DNA of 64,000 nucleotides, taken from the NCBI GenBank assembly GCA_963737905.1, contig CAVTUQ010000014.1, positions 64,001 through 128,000 on the forward strand. The letters are read 5' to 3'. The notes beneath the pieces were generated by a model that was given only the letters and a program-made list of their open reading frames with translations, did not search any database and was not told where the DNA came from. The position numbers and the translations under genes are program-made. The DNA is from an uncultured delta proteobacterium (GTDB lineage: Bacteria > Desulfobacterota > Binatia > UBA9968). This document shows, piece by piece, positions 22,482 through 33,985 of the stretch (its first letter is position 1; each line of letters opens with the position of its first letter).

Positions 22482-23425
22482 ACTTTCTGCTCCTTCAGGC
22501 GCACGCTAAAATATTCGATGGTTTTGGCCAGCCCTTCGTCGAGCGAAACTTTGGGCTCCCAATTTAATACTCTCTTGGCCTTGGAGATGTCCGGCTGACG
22601 CACCTGGGGATCGTCCTGTGGCAGCGGCCTGTATTCGATGGAGCTCTTTGAACCGGTGAGCTCGAGGATTTTCTGGGCGAACTGGAGGACGGTCATTTCG
22701 TGCGGATTGCCGATATTAACCGGCAGATGCTCCTCCGATTCCAGAAGCCGATGGATCCCCCTGACCAGATCATCCACGTATTGAAAGCTTCGCGTCTGCT
22801 CCCCTTGCCCGTATACCGTGAGCGGTTCGCCTTTGAGCGCTTGCGTGATGAAATTCGGCACGACCCGCCCGTCCTGCATGCGCATGCGCGGCCCGTAGGT
22901 ATTAAAAATACGCACGATGCGCGTGTCCAAACCGTGATAGCGATGGTAGGCCATCGTGATCGCCTCGGCGAATCGTTTGGCTTCGTCGTAAACCCCTCGC
23001 GGGCCCACCGGGTTGACGTTCCCCCAATACTCTTCATTTTGCGGGCGCACTAAAGGATCCCCATAGACCTCGGACGTCGAGGCGAGGAGAAACACGGCCT
23101 TTTTGGCTCTCGCCAGGCCCAGGGCGTTGTGCGTGCCGAGAGACCCAACCTTCAGCGTCGGTATCGGTAGTTCGAGATAATCGACCGGGCTCGCCGGCGA
23201 CGCAAAATGAAGGACAGAGTTCAGGGGGCCGCCGATATCGATAAACCGAGTGACATTATGATCGAGGAATCGAAACCGCGGATTTGACACAAGGCCGGAG
23301 ATGTTTTCCTGAGCCCCGGTAGAGTAGTTATCTATGCAGATGACTTCGTGCCCTTGCTTGAGAAAACTTTCGCAGAGATGAGAACCGATAAAGCCGGCGC
23401 CTCCGGTGATCAAAACCCTAGCCAT
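22478..23425 (-). CDS. UDP-glucuronate decarboxylase (UDP-xylose synthase-like)
   Basis: [51 protein letters not shown]. Confidence 0.9.
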   Translation of the reverse strand: MARVLITGGAGFIGSHLCESFLKQGHEVICIDNYSTGAQENISGLVSNPRFRFLDHNVTRFIDIGGPLNSVLHFASPASPVDYLELPIPTLKVGSLGTHNALGLARAKKAVFLLASTSEVYGDPLVRPQNEEYWGNVNPVGPRGVYDEAKRFAEAITMAYHRYHGLDTRIVRIFNTYGPRMRMQDGRVVPNFITQALKGEPLTVYGQGEQTRSFQYVDDLVRGIHRLLESEEHLPVNIGNPHEMTVLQFAQKILELTGSKSSIEYRPLPQDDPQVRQPDISKAKRVLNWEPKVSLDEGLAKTIEYFSVRLKEQKV

Positions 23426-24722
23426 CGCTTCTTCCTATGGAATAATAGTGGAATCCGAGTTTTCGAATATCCGCCGGGTCGTAAAGGTTACGGCCGTCAA
23501 AGATAACCGGGCTCGCGAGCAATCGCTTGATCCGCATAAAGTCAGGTCGACGGAATTCATTCCATTCGGTCAGAACCAACAGCGCCGCGGCGCCGGGCAA
23601 CGCCTCATAGTTCCGGTGAGTGTATTGTATGCGCTCGCCAAAAATTTTCTTAGCCTCGCCGTTGGCTTCCGGATCAAAGGCTTGGACTTTGGCTCCAGCT
23701 CTCAACAGCGATTGGATAACCGTGATCGACGGCGCATCTCTCATGTCATCGGTGCGCGGCTTGAACGCCAGTCCCCAAACCGCAAACGTCAAGCCGGCGA
23801 GATCAGCGCCGAAATGGCGCGTCACTTTTTCGATTAAAATTCCCTTTTGTCGCTCGTTTACTTCCTCCACAGCTTTGAGGAGCACCATCTCCGGCTCATT
23901 GCCGCCCATGCTGATCATAGCGCGGATGTCTTTAGGGAAACAGGAGCCTCCGTAGCCAACACCGGGAAAAATAAAATGCGGGCCGATGCGACGATCCAGA
24001 GCGATGGCCCTTCGGACCTCGCCCACGTCCGCGCCTCTCGTCTCGCATAACCGCGAGATCTCGTTAATAAAGGATATTTTCGTAGCCAGCATCGCGTTCG
24101 CCGCATACTTGCTCATCTCCGCGCTCCGGCTATCCATGACGAGGATGGGGTTACCGGTCCGGAGGAAGGGTTCGTAAAGCTCCTTAACGGCTGCGAGAGC
24201 TTCAGCATGATCGCCCCCCAACACCACCCGGTCCGGTTTCATGAAGTCCTCCACCGCCGCCCCCTCCTTGAGAAACTCGGGATTGGAAATAATCGCAAAC
24301 GGGTGTGATGTTTCCTCCGCCGCCCACTGCCGAATCCGATCCGCCGTTCCCACCGGCACGGTGCTTTTCGTTACAAAAATTCTGAAGCCGTCCATCGCTT
24401 TGGCGATGCCTTTGGCTGTCGCCCGCACATGGTCGAGATTGGCATCACCATTGGGGCCTTGGGGAGTTCCCACGGCTATGAATATGATGCTAGCCTTCTT
24501 CACCGCCCCATCGAGATCCGTCGTGAACGATAATCGTTGTTCCGCGGCGTTGCGCCGGACCATTTCTTCCAAGCCCGGCTCGTAGATCGGAACCTGCCCT
24601 GCATTCAACATCGCGATTTTCTGCTCATCGATGTCGACGCAGGTAACGTCGTTGCCGCTCTCAGCGAAGCAGGTGCCGGCGACCAATCCCACATAACCCG
24701 TACCGACCACGGCAAGATTCAT
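23418..24722 (-). CDS. ugd: UDP-glucose 6-dehydrogenase
   Basis: [40 protein letters not shown]. Confidence 0.93.
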   Translation of the reverse strand: MNLAVVGTGYVGLVAGTCFAESGNDVTCVDIDEQKIAMLNAGQVPIYEPGLEEMVRRNAAEQRLSFTTDLDGAVKKASIIFIAVGTPQGPNGDANLDHVRATAKGIAKAMDGFRIFVTKSTVPVGTADRIRQWAAEETSHPFAIISNPEFLKEGAAVEDFMKPDRVVLGGDHAEALAAVKELYEPFLRTGNPILVMDSRSAEMSKYAANAMLATKISFINEISRLCETRGADVGEVRRAIALDRRIGPHFIFPGVGYGGSCFPKDIRAMISMGGNEPEMVLLKAVEEVNERQKGILIEKVTRHFGADLAGLTFAVWGLAFKPRTDDMRDAPSITVIQSLLRAGAKVQAFDPEANGEAKKIFGERIQYTHRNYEALPGAAALLVLTEWNEFRRPDFMRIKRLLASPVIFDGRNLYDPADIRKLGFHYYSIGRSDG

Positions 24723-25672
24723 GCGCACTTCCTTTCACCCAGGTGCTCCCCGACCACGAAGACGGCTTTATCTTGAGATTCGTGATAGGTCCGCGACAGC
24801 ATCTCACCCAATAACCCCATGGTAATGAACTGAAAGCCGATAAAGATCAATAGAATCGCCAACAGCAAAAGGGGTCTGCCGCCGATAGTCTCATGGTGCA
24901 CAAATTTTTGAAATGTAAGATACACCGCGATCAAAAATCCCAGACCCCCGCTACTGAGACCCAACACGCCGAACACGTGGGACGGCCGGGTGGAGTAACT
25001 GATCAAAAACTTGACGGTTAAAAGATCGAGAACCACCCGCAAGGTCCTGGCGATGCTGTATTTCGAGGTTCCGTGCAGCCGCGGACGGTGATTGACTTGA
25101 AGCTCGGCGACCCGGGCGCCGCGCTCATAAGCAATGGCCGGAATAAAACGATGCATTTCGCCATAGAGCTTCAAGTCCCTGGCGACCTCGCGGCGCATCG
25201 CCTTCAGTGTACACCCGTAGTCGTGCAATTTAACCTGTGTCGTCCAGGAGATGAGCCGGTTGGCGATCAAAGAAGGCAAGCGTCGATGCAAAAACGGATC
25301 TTGCCGGTTGGAGCGCCAGCCGCACACGAGATCGTTGCCCTTTTTCAATTCCCCCAGCAAAGCGGGTATATCTTTCGGATCATTCTGCAGGTCCCCGTCC
25401 ATGAGAACAACCACGTCACCGCCAGCGTACGTAAGACCCGCTGCGATCGCGGCTGTCTGGCCAAAATTGCGCTTGAGCCGCACCACCCGGAGACAGGACT
25501 CCCGCTGGTGCAGACGAGCGAGCACGAAAAACGTAGCGTCGCGGCTGCCGTCATCGACCACGACGATTTCGTATGGCTGCTCGAGGGGCCTTACCACCGC
25601 GTTGATCTCTTGAATCAACGGCTCGACATTCTCCTCCTCATTATAAACCGGAATAACGATGGAAAGCTCCAT
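24719..25672 (-). CDS. GT2 glycosyltransferase, ArnC/GtrB-like (polyprenol-phosphate sugar transferase)
   Basis: IPVYNEE, VDDGS, RNFGQ, MDGDLQNDP, HRF, two C-terminal TM helices. Confidence 0.88.
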   Translation of the reverse strand: MELSIVIPVYNEEENVEPLIQEINAVVRPLEQPYEIVVVDDGSRDATFFVLARLHQRESCLRVVRLKRNFGQTAAIAAGLTYAGGDVVVLMDGDLQNDPKDIPALLGELKKGNDLVCGWRSNRQDPFLHRRLPSLIANRLISWTTQVKLHDYGCTLKAMRREVARDLKLYGEMHRFIPAIAYERGARVAELQVNHRPRLHGTSKYSIARTLRVVLDLLTVKFLISYSTRPSHVFGVLGLSSGGLGFLIAVYLTFQKFVHHETIGGRPLLLLAILLIFIGFQFITMGLLGEMLSRTYHESQDKAVFVVGEHLGERKCA

Positions 25673-25676
25673 GAGG

Positions 25677-26583
25677 TCAGGTATGAAAATCGGTCAACTG
25701 GGTAAAACTCTTATAACGCTCTTCAATATCGTGGATCGATACGTTAGTCAGCCGCTTGACCCCGAAGTCTTCCACGGTAAACGAGGCGACCACGGAGCCG
25801 TACACAATAGCGCGACGGATGCTTTGCTGACTGTGATCGCCGGACCGCGCTAGCTGGCCCATGAATCCACCCGCAAACGAGTCCCCCGCGCCCGTCGGAT
25901 CGAAGACTTCTTCGAGGGGATAGGCCGGTGTGGCAAAGATCGATGAATCGGAAAACTGCAGCACGCCGTATTCCCCGCGCTTGATCAGCACCACTTTGGG
26001 GCCCATTTTTAGAATCGCCCGGGCGGCTCGAACGATATTGCTGTGAGCCGCTGAGGAGCCGCGCTTCTGAATCATTGATCACCAGCATCTCGACCCGTTT
26101 GAACACCTTTCTGAGATCTTCGGCGCTCCCTTGAATCCAATGGTCCATGGTGTCACAAACCACCAGCTTCACGCGCCGGATCTGATTCAACACCTCGAGC
26201 TGCATGACCGGATCGATATTGCCGAGAAAGACGTATTCCGCGTCCCGATAGCGCTCCGGCAGCCGTGGCACAAATCCGGCCAAGACATTCAGGTGCAGCT
26301 CCACTGTGTCTCGAACGTTGATGTCCTCGTGGTAGCGACCCCGCCAATGAAAGGTATCGCCCTTTTCGCGGCGGATCCCTTCGAGATCGATCTGTCGCTG
26401 GCGGAACAATTCCAGGTATTCCTCGGGAAAATCTTGCCCGATCACCCCGACAATCCGCACCGAAGAAAAAAGACTCGCGGCGAGGGCGAAATAGGAAGCG
26501 GAGCCGCCGAGAATGCGCTCTGCGGATCCGAAGGGTGTTTCAATAGAATCAAACGCTACCGTACCGACGACCAAAACACTCAT
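25677..26583 (-). CDS. PfkB-family carbohydrate kinase, one +1 indel near 26047
   Basis: MSVLVVGTVAFD, GGSASY, NDSEA then KRGEYG and DPTGAGDSFAGG after removing one base. Confidence 0.85.
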
Positions 26584-27441
26584 AGGTATTTCCCAATGAT
26601 CGGCCGCGAGATCCAAGCGTGTCTTCTTTGGAATGCGGGACCTTTCTGTAATGATAGCATCCTTCAGTGACGACCTACAGCCGCAGGAACGCGAGTCCGT
26701 TAACCAAGTCAGGGCTCGCCGAATGATTCTCTGGGCAAGCTCGACATTTTGCCGAAGCACCGCGAGAACGGTTTCAATCTCGACGTCCCCGGCCGTCTGA
26801 TTCCAACAGTCATAGTCCGTGGCTAAGGCCAAAGTGCCAAAGCAAATTTCCGCTTCCCGTGCCAGTTTCGCCTCCTGCAAATTCGTCATCCCGATCACAT
26901 CCGCGCCCCAGCTGCGATAGAGACGAGACTCCGCCCGCGTTGAAAACTGTGGCCCTTCCATACAAAGGTACGTGCCCCGCGGGTGAACTCTGCCGCCTTC
27001 GGAAGTCGCGGAGGCGGCAAGCTTTTCTGCAAGATCCTTGCAAAATGGATCGGCCAGGCTCACATGCGCGACGATGCCTTTGCCAAAAAAAGTGCTGGCC
27101 CGCTGGGTAGTTCGGTCGATGAACTGATCTGGAATCACGATATCACCGGGCGCAATCCCCTCCTGTAAACTTCCAACCGCGCTTACCGAGACGATTCGAT
27201 CGACCCCCAGTTTCTTCATGGCAAAGATATTGGCGCGAAAGTTGATCTCCGTAGGCAACCAACGATGGCCCTTTCCGTGGCGGGGCAGGAAAACTAACGC
27301 CGTGTCCCCGAGGGTGCCCTGGATGAACTTTTCCGACGGTTTTCCGAACGGGGTTTTGATCTCGACCTCGCGGATCCTTTTGAGTCCTTCCATCCGGTAA
27401 AGGCCGCTACCCCCGATGACGCCGACGATCGACTTCCCCAT
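26580..27441 (-). CDS. mtnP: S-methyl-5'-thioadenosine phosphorylase, +1 indel near 26605 hides its stop
   Basis: IGGSG, RHG, MEGPQFSTRAES, GMT, TDYDCW; removing one G gives ...LAPIIGKYL* overlapping the pfkB ATG. Confidence 0.88.
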
Positions 27442-27476
27442 GGCTTGCTATCCCGAATTATTCACTGGCAAGCAAC

Positions 27477-27654
27477 GATCAAGGGATGAGCCCTCCGGAT
27501 CGAAGGCAATGGGCCTATACCTTGAGGTGGCCTGCAAACGTAAAGTCGCGAGCAGATACCCGGTAAACAATTCGAGCGCACCGCCAAGCACCATAAACGT
27601 CATGGAAGCTTTTCATCTCTGTGCCTTCGCTCCTCCAAGCTCATCCCCTTGATC
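27477..27654 (-). ncRNA. Candidate structured RNA or MITE-like rod hairpin between rlmN and mtnP
   Basis: Nested complementary arms gatcaagggatgagc/gctcatccccttgatc, cgaaggca/tgccttcg, cttgaggtg/caccgccaag; mismatches become G-U pairs on the minus strand. Confidence 0.4.
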
Positions 27655-27696
27655 GGCACTGTGTCGTGGGTTCGCCTCCGCACATGAATATCCGGG

Positions 27697-28767
27697 CTAT
27701 CGTACCGCCACCGCCAGCGAAGTTTGCCGTTGTCTACGCTGATGCTCTTCGCCTTGGAGTTGCCCGCAGGCTGCCTGGATATCGTCTCCCCTGGGGCGGC
27801 GAACATTGATCTGTAAGCCGTGAGCATGGAGGACCTGCTGGAACTTTTCGACCTCGACATCGTCAGGTCGCCGATAGAGACTACCGGGATGCGGGTTAAA
27901 GGGGATAACATTGACCTTGCAGCGAATACCGTGCAGAAGTTGGCAAAGCGCTTTCGCATCGTCCATAGAATCGTTGATCTCGCGGAGCAGGACATACTCG
28001 AAAGTAATCCGCTTCCGCCGCGGAATCGGCAGCGCGCGGCAGCAGTCCATCAGTTGCTTGAGCGAATACTTGCGATTGACCGGCATCAGCTGACCGCGCA
28101 GCTCATCCGTAGGCGCATGCAGAGAAATCGCCAGGTTGACCCTGGTTTCCTCCATCAGCCTTTGAATCTGCGGCACCAAGCCCACCGTCGAGAGTGTGAT
28201 TCTTCGTGGAGAAAGACCGACCCCCCAGCTCGTATCGGTCATCACGTCGAGGGCCTTGACGGTCTCAGCATAGTTCGCCAGGGGCTCCCCCATTCCCATG
28301 AGCACCACGTGCGTAATTCTTTGTTCATCAACTAACGATCGGCCGGCCTCCAGTATCTGGTCGAGAATTTCACTGGCCCGCAAGTTTCGCTTTAAGCCTA
28401 AAAGCGCCGTGGCGCAAAAGGCGCATCCAAATCCACATCCAACCTGCGTCGAAGCACATAGCGTCAGCCGCTTCACCTCCGGTATCAAGACGCTTTCGAT
28501 GCTGTGATCATCCGATAAACCAAAGAGAAATTTTCTGGTTCCATCCTTAGAAATCGCTTCCCGCAAAATCCTTAACCGGCTGATCGTAAAATCCTCAGCC
28601 AAGCGAGCACGCAACGCGGCCGAGAGATTCGTCATCTCTGCGAAGGTCGCCGCGCGCTTTTGAAACAGCCACTGCCAGACTTGTTTAGCGCGATACGAGG
28701 GTTCTCTATGCTGGAGGAGATGCGCCTCGAGCTCCTTGAGGGTCAGTTCTTTAATGTTGGGCTTCAA
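27697..28767 (-). CDS. rlmN: 23S rRNA (adenine-C2)-methyltransferase RlmN
   Basis: STQVGCGFGCAFCAT, MGMGEPL, ISLHA, DIQAACGQL. Confidence 0.95.
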   Translation of the reverse strand: MKPNIKELTLKELEAHLLQHREPSYRAKQVWQWLFQKRAATFAEMTNLSAALRARLAEDFTISRLRILREAISKDGTRKFLFGLSDDHSIESVLIPEVKRLTLCASTQVGCGFGCAFCATALLGLKRNLRASEILDQILEAGRSLVDEQRITHVVLMGMGEPLANYAETVKALDVMTDTSWGVGLSPRRITLSTVGLVPQIQRLMEETRVNLAISLHAPTDELRGQLMPVNRKYSLKQLMDCCRALPIPRRKRITFEYVLLREINDSMDDAKALCQLLHGIRCKVNVIPFNPHPGSLYRRPDDVEVEKFQQVLHAHGLQINVRRPRGDDIQAACGQLQGEEHQRRQRQTSLAVAVR

Positions 28768-28797
28768 GCTCCATCCTCTCGCGAGCCCGTCCTCGAG

Positions 28798-29229
28798 TCA
28801 ATTTGAGGATCGAAAGACCTCGTCGGATCTAAAAAAGAAGGCTATTTCGGCGGCAGCAGTATCGGGTCCGTCGGAGCCATGCACGGCGTTTTGTTCGACG
28901 TCTTTACCCCAGTCTTTACGAATGGTTCCCGGCGCCGCTTTGGCCGGGTCCGTGGCGCCCATGATTTCCCGGTTCCTGGCAATCGCTCCTTCACCTTCGA
29001 GCACGGAAACGCAAATGGGCCCGGAAGACATGTAGGCGCAAAGGCTCGCAAAAAATGGGCGCTCTTTGTGGACCGCGTAGAAAGCCCGCGCCCGCTCCGG
29101 TGTCAAACGCACCAGCTTGGCGGCCACGATTCTCAAGCCCGCCGATTCAAACCGTTTTAAAACCTCGCCGATCAGACCACGTCCTACCGCGTCGGGTTTG
29201 ATAATAGAAAGAGTCGTCTCCACACTCAT
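28798..29229 (-). CDS. ndk: Nucleoside diphosphate kinase
   Basis: IIKPDA, HKERPFF, GTIR, NAVHGSD. Confidence 0.97.
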   Translation of the reverse strand: MSVETTLSIIKPDAVGRGLIGEVLKRFESAGLRIVAAKLVRLTPERARAFYAVHKERPFFASLCAYMSSGPICVSVLEGEGAIARNREIMGATDPAKAAPGTIRKDWGKDVEQNAVHGSDGPDTAAAEIAFFFRSDEVFRSSN

Positions 29230-30101
29230 GATTTTCCCAAAGCCTCCTGCATTGCTTTACCGATTAATGCCGGCGATGAAGCCATTCGGATTCCAGCACT
29301 TTTCATAGCTTCAATTTTCTCTCGGGCGGTTCCCTTGCCGCCGGAAATGATCGCCCCCGCATGGCCCATACGCTTGCCCGGCGGAGCGGTTTGGCCGGCA
29401 ATGAATCCCACCACGGGTTTTTTCATATTGGCCTTGATCCAACCGGCGGCTTCCTCCTCCGCGCTGCCACCGATCTCACCGATCATGACCACCGCCTCAG
29501 TTCCAGAATCGCGATTGAAGAGATCCAAAACATCGACGAATTCGAATCCATGGACTGGATCGCCGCCGATGCCCACGCAGCTTGATTGTCCCATGCCCAG
29601 GCGGGTTAATTGATCCACCGCCTCGTAGGTCAACGTACCGCTCCGCGAAACCACGCCGATCGTACCGGGCCGGTGAATATGACCCGGCATGATGCCGATC
29701 TTACACTCCCCGGGCGTAATGATCCCGGGGCAATTGGGGCCCAAGAGTCGGGAATTTCTTCCTTCGAAATATCGCTTCACCCGGATCATGTCGCGTACCG
29801 GCACTCCTTCCGTAATACAAATAATCAGCGGAATACCCGCGTCCGCTGCTTCCATCATGGCATCCGCGGCGAAGGGTGGCGGGACGTAGATGACGGAAGC
29901 AGTAGCCGCCGTCTCGGCAACGGCACGAGACACCGTATCGAAGATCGGAATTCCTTCGAAAGAGGTGCCCCCTTTGCCGGGCGTCACCCCTGCGACCATT
30001 TGAGTTCCGTATTCTTTGCATGCCCGGGTGTGAAACTGGCCGGTGGCGCCGGTGATCCCTTGGGTCAAGACCCGAGTTTGTTTGTCGACCAAAATCGACA
30101 T
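29226..30101 (-). CDS. sucD: Succinyl-CoA synthetase alpha subunit
   Basis: [27 protein letters not shown]. Confidence 0.97.
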   Translation of the reverse strand: MSILVDKQTRVLTQGITGATGQFHTRACKEYGTQMVAGVTPGKGGTSFEGIPIFDTVSRAVAETAATASVIYVPPPFAADAMMEAADAGIPLIICITEGVPVRDMIRVKRYFEGRNSRLLGPNCPGIITPGECKIGIMPGHIHRPGTIGVVSRSGTLTYEAVDQLTRLGMGQSSCVGIGGDPVHGFEFVDVLDLFNRDSGTEAVVMIGEIGGSAEEEAAGWIKANMKKPVVGFIAGQTAPPGKRMGHAGAIISGGKGTAREKIEAMKSAGIRMASSPALIGKAMQEALGKS

Positions 30102-30103
30102 AG

Positions 30104-31261
30104 TTACTTCACCGCCTGCACAATTTTTTCAGCGGCCTCGGCCATCGTCTCCGCCGAGATGATGGGAAGAGCCGAATCGGCGAGAATCTTTCTTCCCAAC
30201 TCGACATTCGTACCCTGCATGCGGACCACCAGCGGAACTTTGATGCTCAACTCGCGGGCAGCGTCCACCACCCCTTGCGCAAGCACATCGCAGCGCATGA
30301 TGCCGCCGAAGATATTGATCAAAACGCCGCGCACCCTGGCATCGGAAAGAATAATCTTAAAGGCCTGGGCTACTCTTTCCTTGTTCGCGCCGCCCCCAAC
30401 ATCGAGAAAATTAGCCGGCTCACCGCCACAGTGTTTGATGATATCCATGGTGGCCATGGCCAAACCCGCGCCGTTGACCATGCAGCCGATATTGCCGTCC
30501 AATGAGATGTAAGATAGCTCGTATTTGCTGGCTTCGATCTCCCGGGGATCTTCCTCATTCAGATCACGCAGCGCCAAGATTTCCTTATGCCGGAACAATG
30601 CGTTGCTGTCGAAGCTCATCTTCGCATCCAGCGCCATGACCTGTCCTTCTTGGGTCAAGATCAAAGGGTTAATTTCCGCGATGGAGCAGTCGCAATCGTC
30701 GTAGGCGCGGTATAATGCCTGCATCATCAAAACCAGCTTGCCCACGACTTCCTGAGGAACTCCGAGAGCAAACGCGAGGCGACGGCATTGAAAGGGTTGC
30801 AACCCCACTGTGGGGTCGATGACTTCCTTTAGAATTTTTTCCGGCTGCGTGGCGGCGACCTCTTCTATTTCAACCCCGCCCTCCGATGACGAGATCACCG
30901 TTACGCGAGATTGAGCCCGGTCCAAGACCATGCCCAAGTAAAGCTCACGCTCGATATTGACCCCTTGCTCGACGAGTACCCGCCGGACCTGGCGCCCTTC
31001 GGGTCCCGTCTGGTGCGTCACCAGGTTTTTGCCCAAAATCTCTGACGCCTTCTTTACGGCGTCTTCCGGACTGCTCGCCAGTTTCACACCGCCGGCCTTT
31101 CCACGACCACCGGCATGGATCTGCGCCTTGACGACACAGCGGCCCCCGAGCTCCGCCGCGGCTGTCTTCACCTCTTCCAGCGTCGCTGCGACCTTTCCGA
31201 CGGGCACCGGCACGCCGTATCGTTTCAAAATCTCCTTAGCCTGGTACTCGTGGATGTTCAT
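30104..31261 (-). CDS. sucC: Succinyl-CoA synthetase beta subunit
   Basis: [45 protein letters not shown]. Confidence 0.97.
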   Translation of the reverse strand: MNIHEYQAKEILKRYGVPVPVGKVAATLEEVKTAAAELGGRCVVKAQIHAGGRGKAGGVKLASSPEDAVKKASEILGKNLVTHQTGPEGRQVRRVLVEQGVNIERELYLGMVLDRAQSRVTVISSSEGGVEIEEVAATQPEKILKEVIDPTVGLQPFQCRRLAFALGVPQEVVGKLVLMMQALYRAYDDCDCSIAEINPLILTQEGQVMALDAKMSFDSNALFRHKEILALRDLNEEDPREIEASKYELSYISLDGNIGCMVNGAGLAMATMDIIKHCGGEPANFLDVGGGANKERVAQAFKIILSDARVRGVLINIFGGIMRCDVLAQGVVDAARELSIKVPLVVRMQGTNVELGRKILADSALPIISAETMAEAAEKIVQAVK

Positions 31262-31341
31262 AACGATCAGTCTGAATAAAATGAGACCCTAAGACTAAGC
31301 GATTAGCCCCAGGGTCTCCCTATCATTTGCCCAAGAAACCT

Positions 31342-32286
31342 TTAGGCGGCGCCCACAATGCGATCCATCGCTTGAACGATGTCCTTGACGTGATTGAGCG
31401 ATTCATCAAATGCCTTCTTGTCAGTCGCGCTCAGATTGATATCGATTATTTTCTCAACACCGCCGGCGCCAATGATGACCGGGACGCAGAAATAGTAGCC
31501 CTGGACTCCGTATTCCCCTTCCAGCAGCGCCGCGCAGGGCAGAATCTCTTTCTTGTCGAAAAAATGAGCCTCAGTCATGCGAATGGCTGCCGATGCCGGG
31601 GAAAAATAGGCGGATCCCGTCTTCAATAATGCGACGACCTCGCCACCTGCGTTACGGACCCGGGATTCGATTTCGTCAAGACGTTTGGCCGCAATGAGCT
31701 TTTCAACAGGGACTCCACCCACCAGACAGGTACTTCGGACAGGCACCATGTCGTCACCGTGGCCGCCCAGGACCATGGCTGCAACGCTATTCACCGAAAC
31801 ATTTAATTCTTTAGCGATAAACGACCGATAACGAGAGGAGTCCAAGATACCGGACTGACCGACGACGCGATTCTTTGGGAAACCGGTTACCCGCTTGGTT
31901 AATGTCACCATGGCGTCGAGCGGGTTGGTAACCACGATGACAAACGAATCCGGCGCGTGCTTCCTGATGCCTTCCGCAACCGAGCTAATGATTTTGGCAT
32001 TGGTTCCAACCAGATCGTCCCGGCTCATGCCGGGCTTGCGCGCAATGCCGGCCGTTACAATGCAAACGTCCGCACCGGCGATGTCCTCGTATTTGTTCGT
32101 GCCGATCACATTGCCATCGAAGCCTTCCACGGGTCCGGCATGAGACAGGTCGAGCGCTTTGCCCTGAGGTAAACCGTCGATCACATCGTACAGGACAACG
32201 TCACCCAACCCCTTGAGCAAACAGAGATGGGCCATGGACCCACCGATATTACCGGCTCCAATTAACGCGATTTTCTTTCTCGCCAT
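31342..32286 (-). CDS. mdh: Malate dehydrogenase (LDH-like)
   Basis: IGAGNIG, ARKPGMSRDDL, NPLD, GGHGD, LKTGSA. Confidence 0.95.
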   Translation of the reverse strand: MARKKIALIGAGNIGGSMAHLCLLKGLGDVVLYDVIDGLPQGKALDLSHAGPVEGFDGNVIGTNKYEDIAGADVCIVTAGIARKPGMSRDDLVGTNAKIISSVAEGIRKHAPDSFVIVVTNPLDAMVTLTKRVTGFPKNRVVGQSGILDSSRYRSFIAKELNVSVNSVAAMVLGGHGDDMVPVRSTCLVGGVPVEKLIAAKRLDEIESRVRNAGGEVVALLKTGSAYFSPASAAIRMTEAHFFDKKEILPCAALLEGEYGVQGYYFCVPVIIGAGGVEKIIDINLSATDKKAFDESLNHVKDIVQAMDRIVGAA

Positions 32287-32333
32287 ACCTTCCTCGCTTC
32301 TTCTTTTTTGAACTCCGATTGGGTTGTAGTTTT

Positions 32334-32367
32334 GAAACTCGAAACCCGAGACTCGAAACCCGAAACG
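32334..32367. repeat. Heptamer tandem repeat
   Basis: gaaactc gaaaccc gagactc gaaaccc gaaacg. Confidence 0.55.
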
Positions 32368-32372
32368 ATTAT

Positions 32373-33780
32373 TTACATATTGGCGATAATCGCATCGCCG
32401 AATCCAGAACAGCTCACGAGCTTTGCACCCTCCATCAACCGCTCAAAATCATAAGTCACGGTCTTTTTGGCGATCGCTCCCTCCAGTCCTTTGACGATGA
32501 GATCGGCGGCCTCCTTCCAGCCCATGTATCGGAGCATCATCTCGCCGGAAAGAATGACCGAGCCAGGATTGACCTTGTCGAGATCGGCATATTTCGGCGC
32601 CGTGCCGTGGGTTGCCTCGAAGACGGCGTGACCGGTATCGTAATTGATGTTGGCTCCCGGCGCGATACCGATGCCGCCCACCTGCGCGGCCAATGCGTCC
32701 GACAGATAATCGCCGTTCAAGTTCATCGTCGCGATCACGTCATAATCTTTGGGCCGGATCAGGACGAACTGCAACGTTACGTCGGCGATGGAATCTTTGA
32801 GCAGCAGCTTCGACTTCCACTTGCCGCCGCCGTGGGTCGGCCAGAGCTTGAGCGCCTCTTCTACTTCCTTTTTTATGTCATTTTGCTGGTCCGGCGACAT
32901 CATGTCGAACCCGGGGTCGATCATCTTGGCGTTGTCTTCCGCGCCGAGGTCCGGGCTCTGCTCTTTATTCCCCAAGATCCAGGTCTCGCGCTCGCTGACA
33001 ACGTCATTGCGAAACTCGCGCTTGGCCAGCGCGTAGCCCCACTCCATGAAAGCACCTTCCGTGTACTTCATGATGTTGCCCTTGTGCACGAAGTTAACGT
33101 TCTTCCGCTTGTTCGTTAGCGCCCATTTGATAGCAGCGCGGACGAGCCGTTCCGTGCCCTCCACGGAAACCGGCTTGAGCGCGATACCGGCTGTCTCTGG
33201 AAAACGAATCTTCTTATACTCCTGGGGGAAATTTTCTTTTAGCAGCGATCTGAACTTCTTATTCTCTTCCGTGCCGTTGATAAACTCGATGCCCGTGTAA
33301 ATGTCTTCGGTATTCTCCCGGAAGACGACCATATCCACGTATTCAGGATGCTTAACGGGAGAAGGTACGCCAGTGTAATAACGCACCGGGCGCAGGCAGA
33401 CGTAGAGGTCGAGCAATTTGCGGAGAGCTACGTTCAGTGAACGAAAACCTCCACCGATGGGAGTCGTAAGAGGGCCTTTGATGCCCACCAGAAATTCCGT
33501 GAACGCTTCCACCGTTTCGTCGGGCAGCCAGTTCTTGAACATTTTGAAGGACTTCTCGCCCGCGTACACTTCCATCCAGTGAATTTTGCGTTTGCTTTTG
33601 TAGGCTTTTTCCACTGCCGCATCGAATACGCGCGCCGAAGCGCGCCAGATATCACGGCCGGTGCCATCGCCTTCGATGAACGGTATAATTGGATTGTCCG
33701 GAACGTTAAGCTCTTTGTTCGCTCCCATACGTTATTTTTGCCCCGTCCTTCGGGACTTTCACTACTTTATATTCAGCCAT
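32373..33780 (-). CDS. icd: NADP-dependent isocitrate dehydrogenase; true start 33780, +1 indel near 33729
   Basis: [45 protein letters not shown]; upstream [17 protein letters not shown] with GAGGAG RBS joins after removing one T. Confidence 0.93.
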
Positions 33781-33985
33781 GGTCTCCTCATCTGCAAAAA
33801 TAGCCTAAGGGCAAATACTTTCCCACCCCTAGGCTATTTCCGTGTAAAATATTTAAAACTCGTTGAAATCTAGCCGATTACCTATTGTGAGTCAAGGTAC
33901 TTCGGCTGCCAAATTCGTGCAAACGACAAGCTTGGCAGCGAACAGCTCCGGACATTGTGCTCGGGCTCATTCACTTAGCGATGCT

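Noticed and set aside
25744-27441. Apparent 565-aa MTA phosphorylase-PfkB kinase fusion
   Set aside because: Removing one G near 26605 restores the typical PIIGKYL* ending with an ATGA overlap, so these are two genes with indel errors
27477-27654. Firm 6S RNA call
   Set aside because: The shape fits, but I could not see conserved 6S motifs or the usual gene context; kept only as a candidate structured RNA
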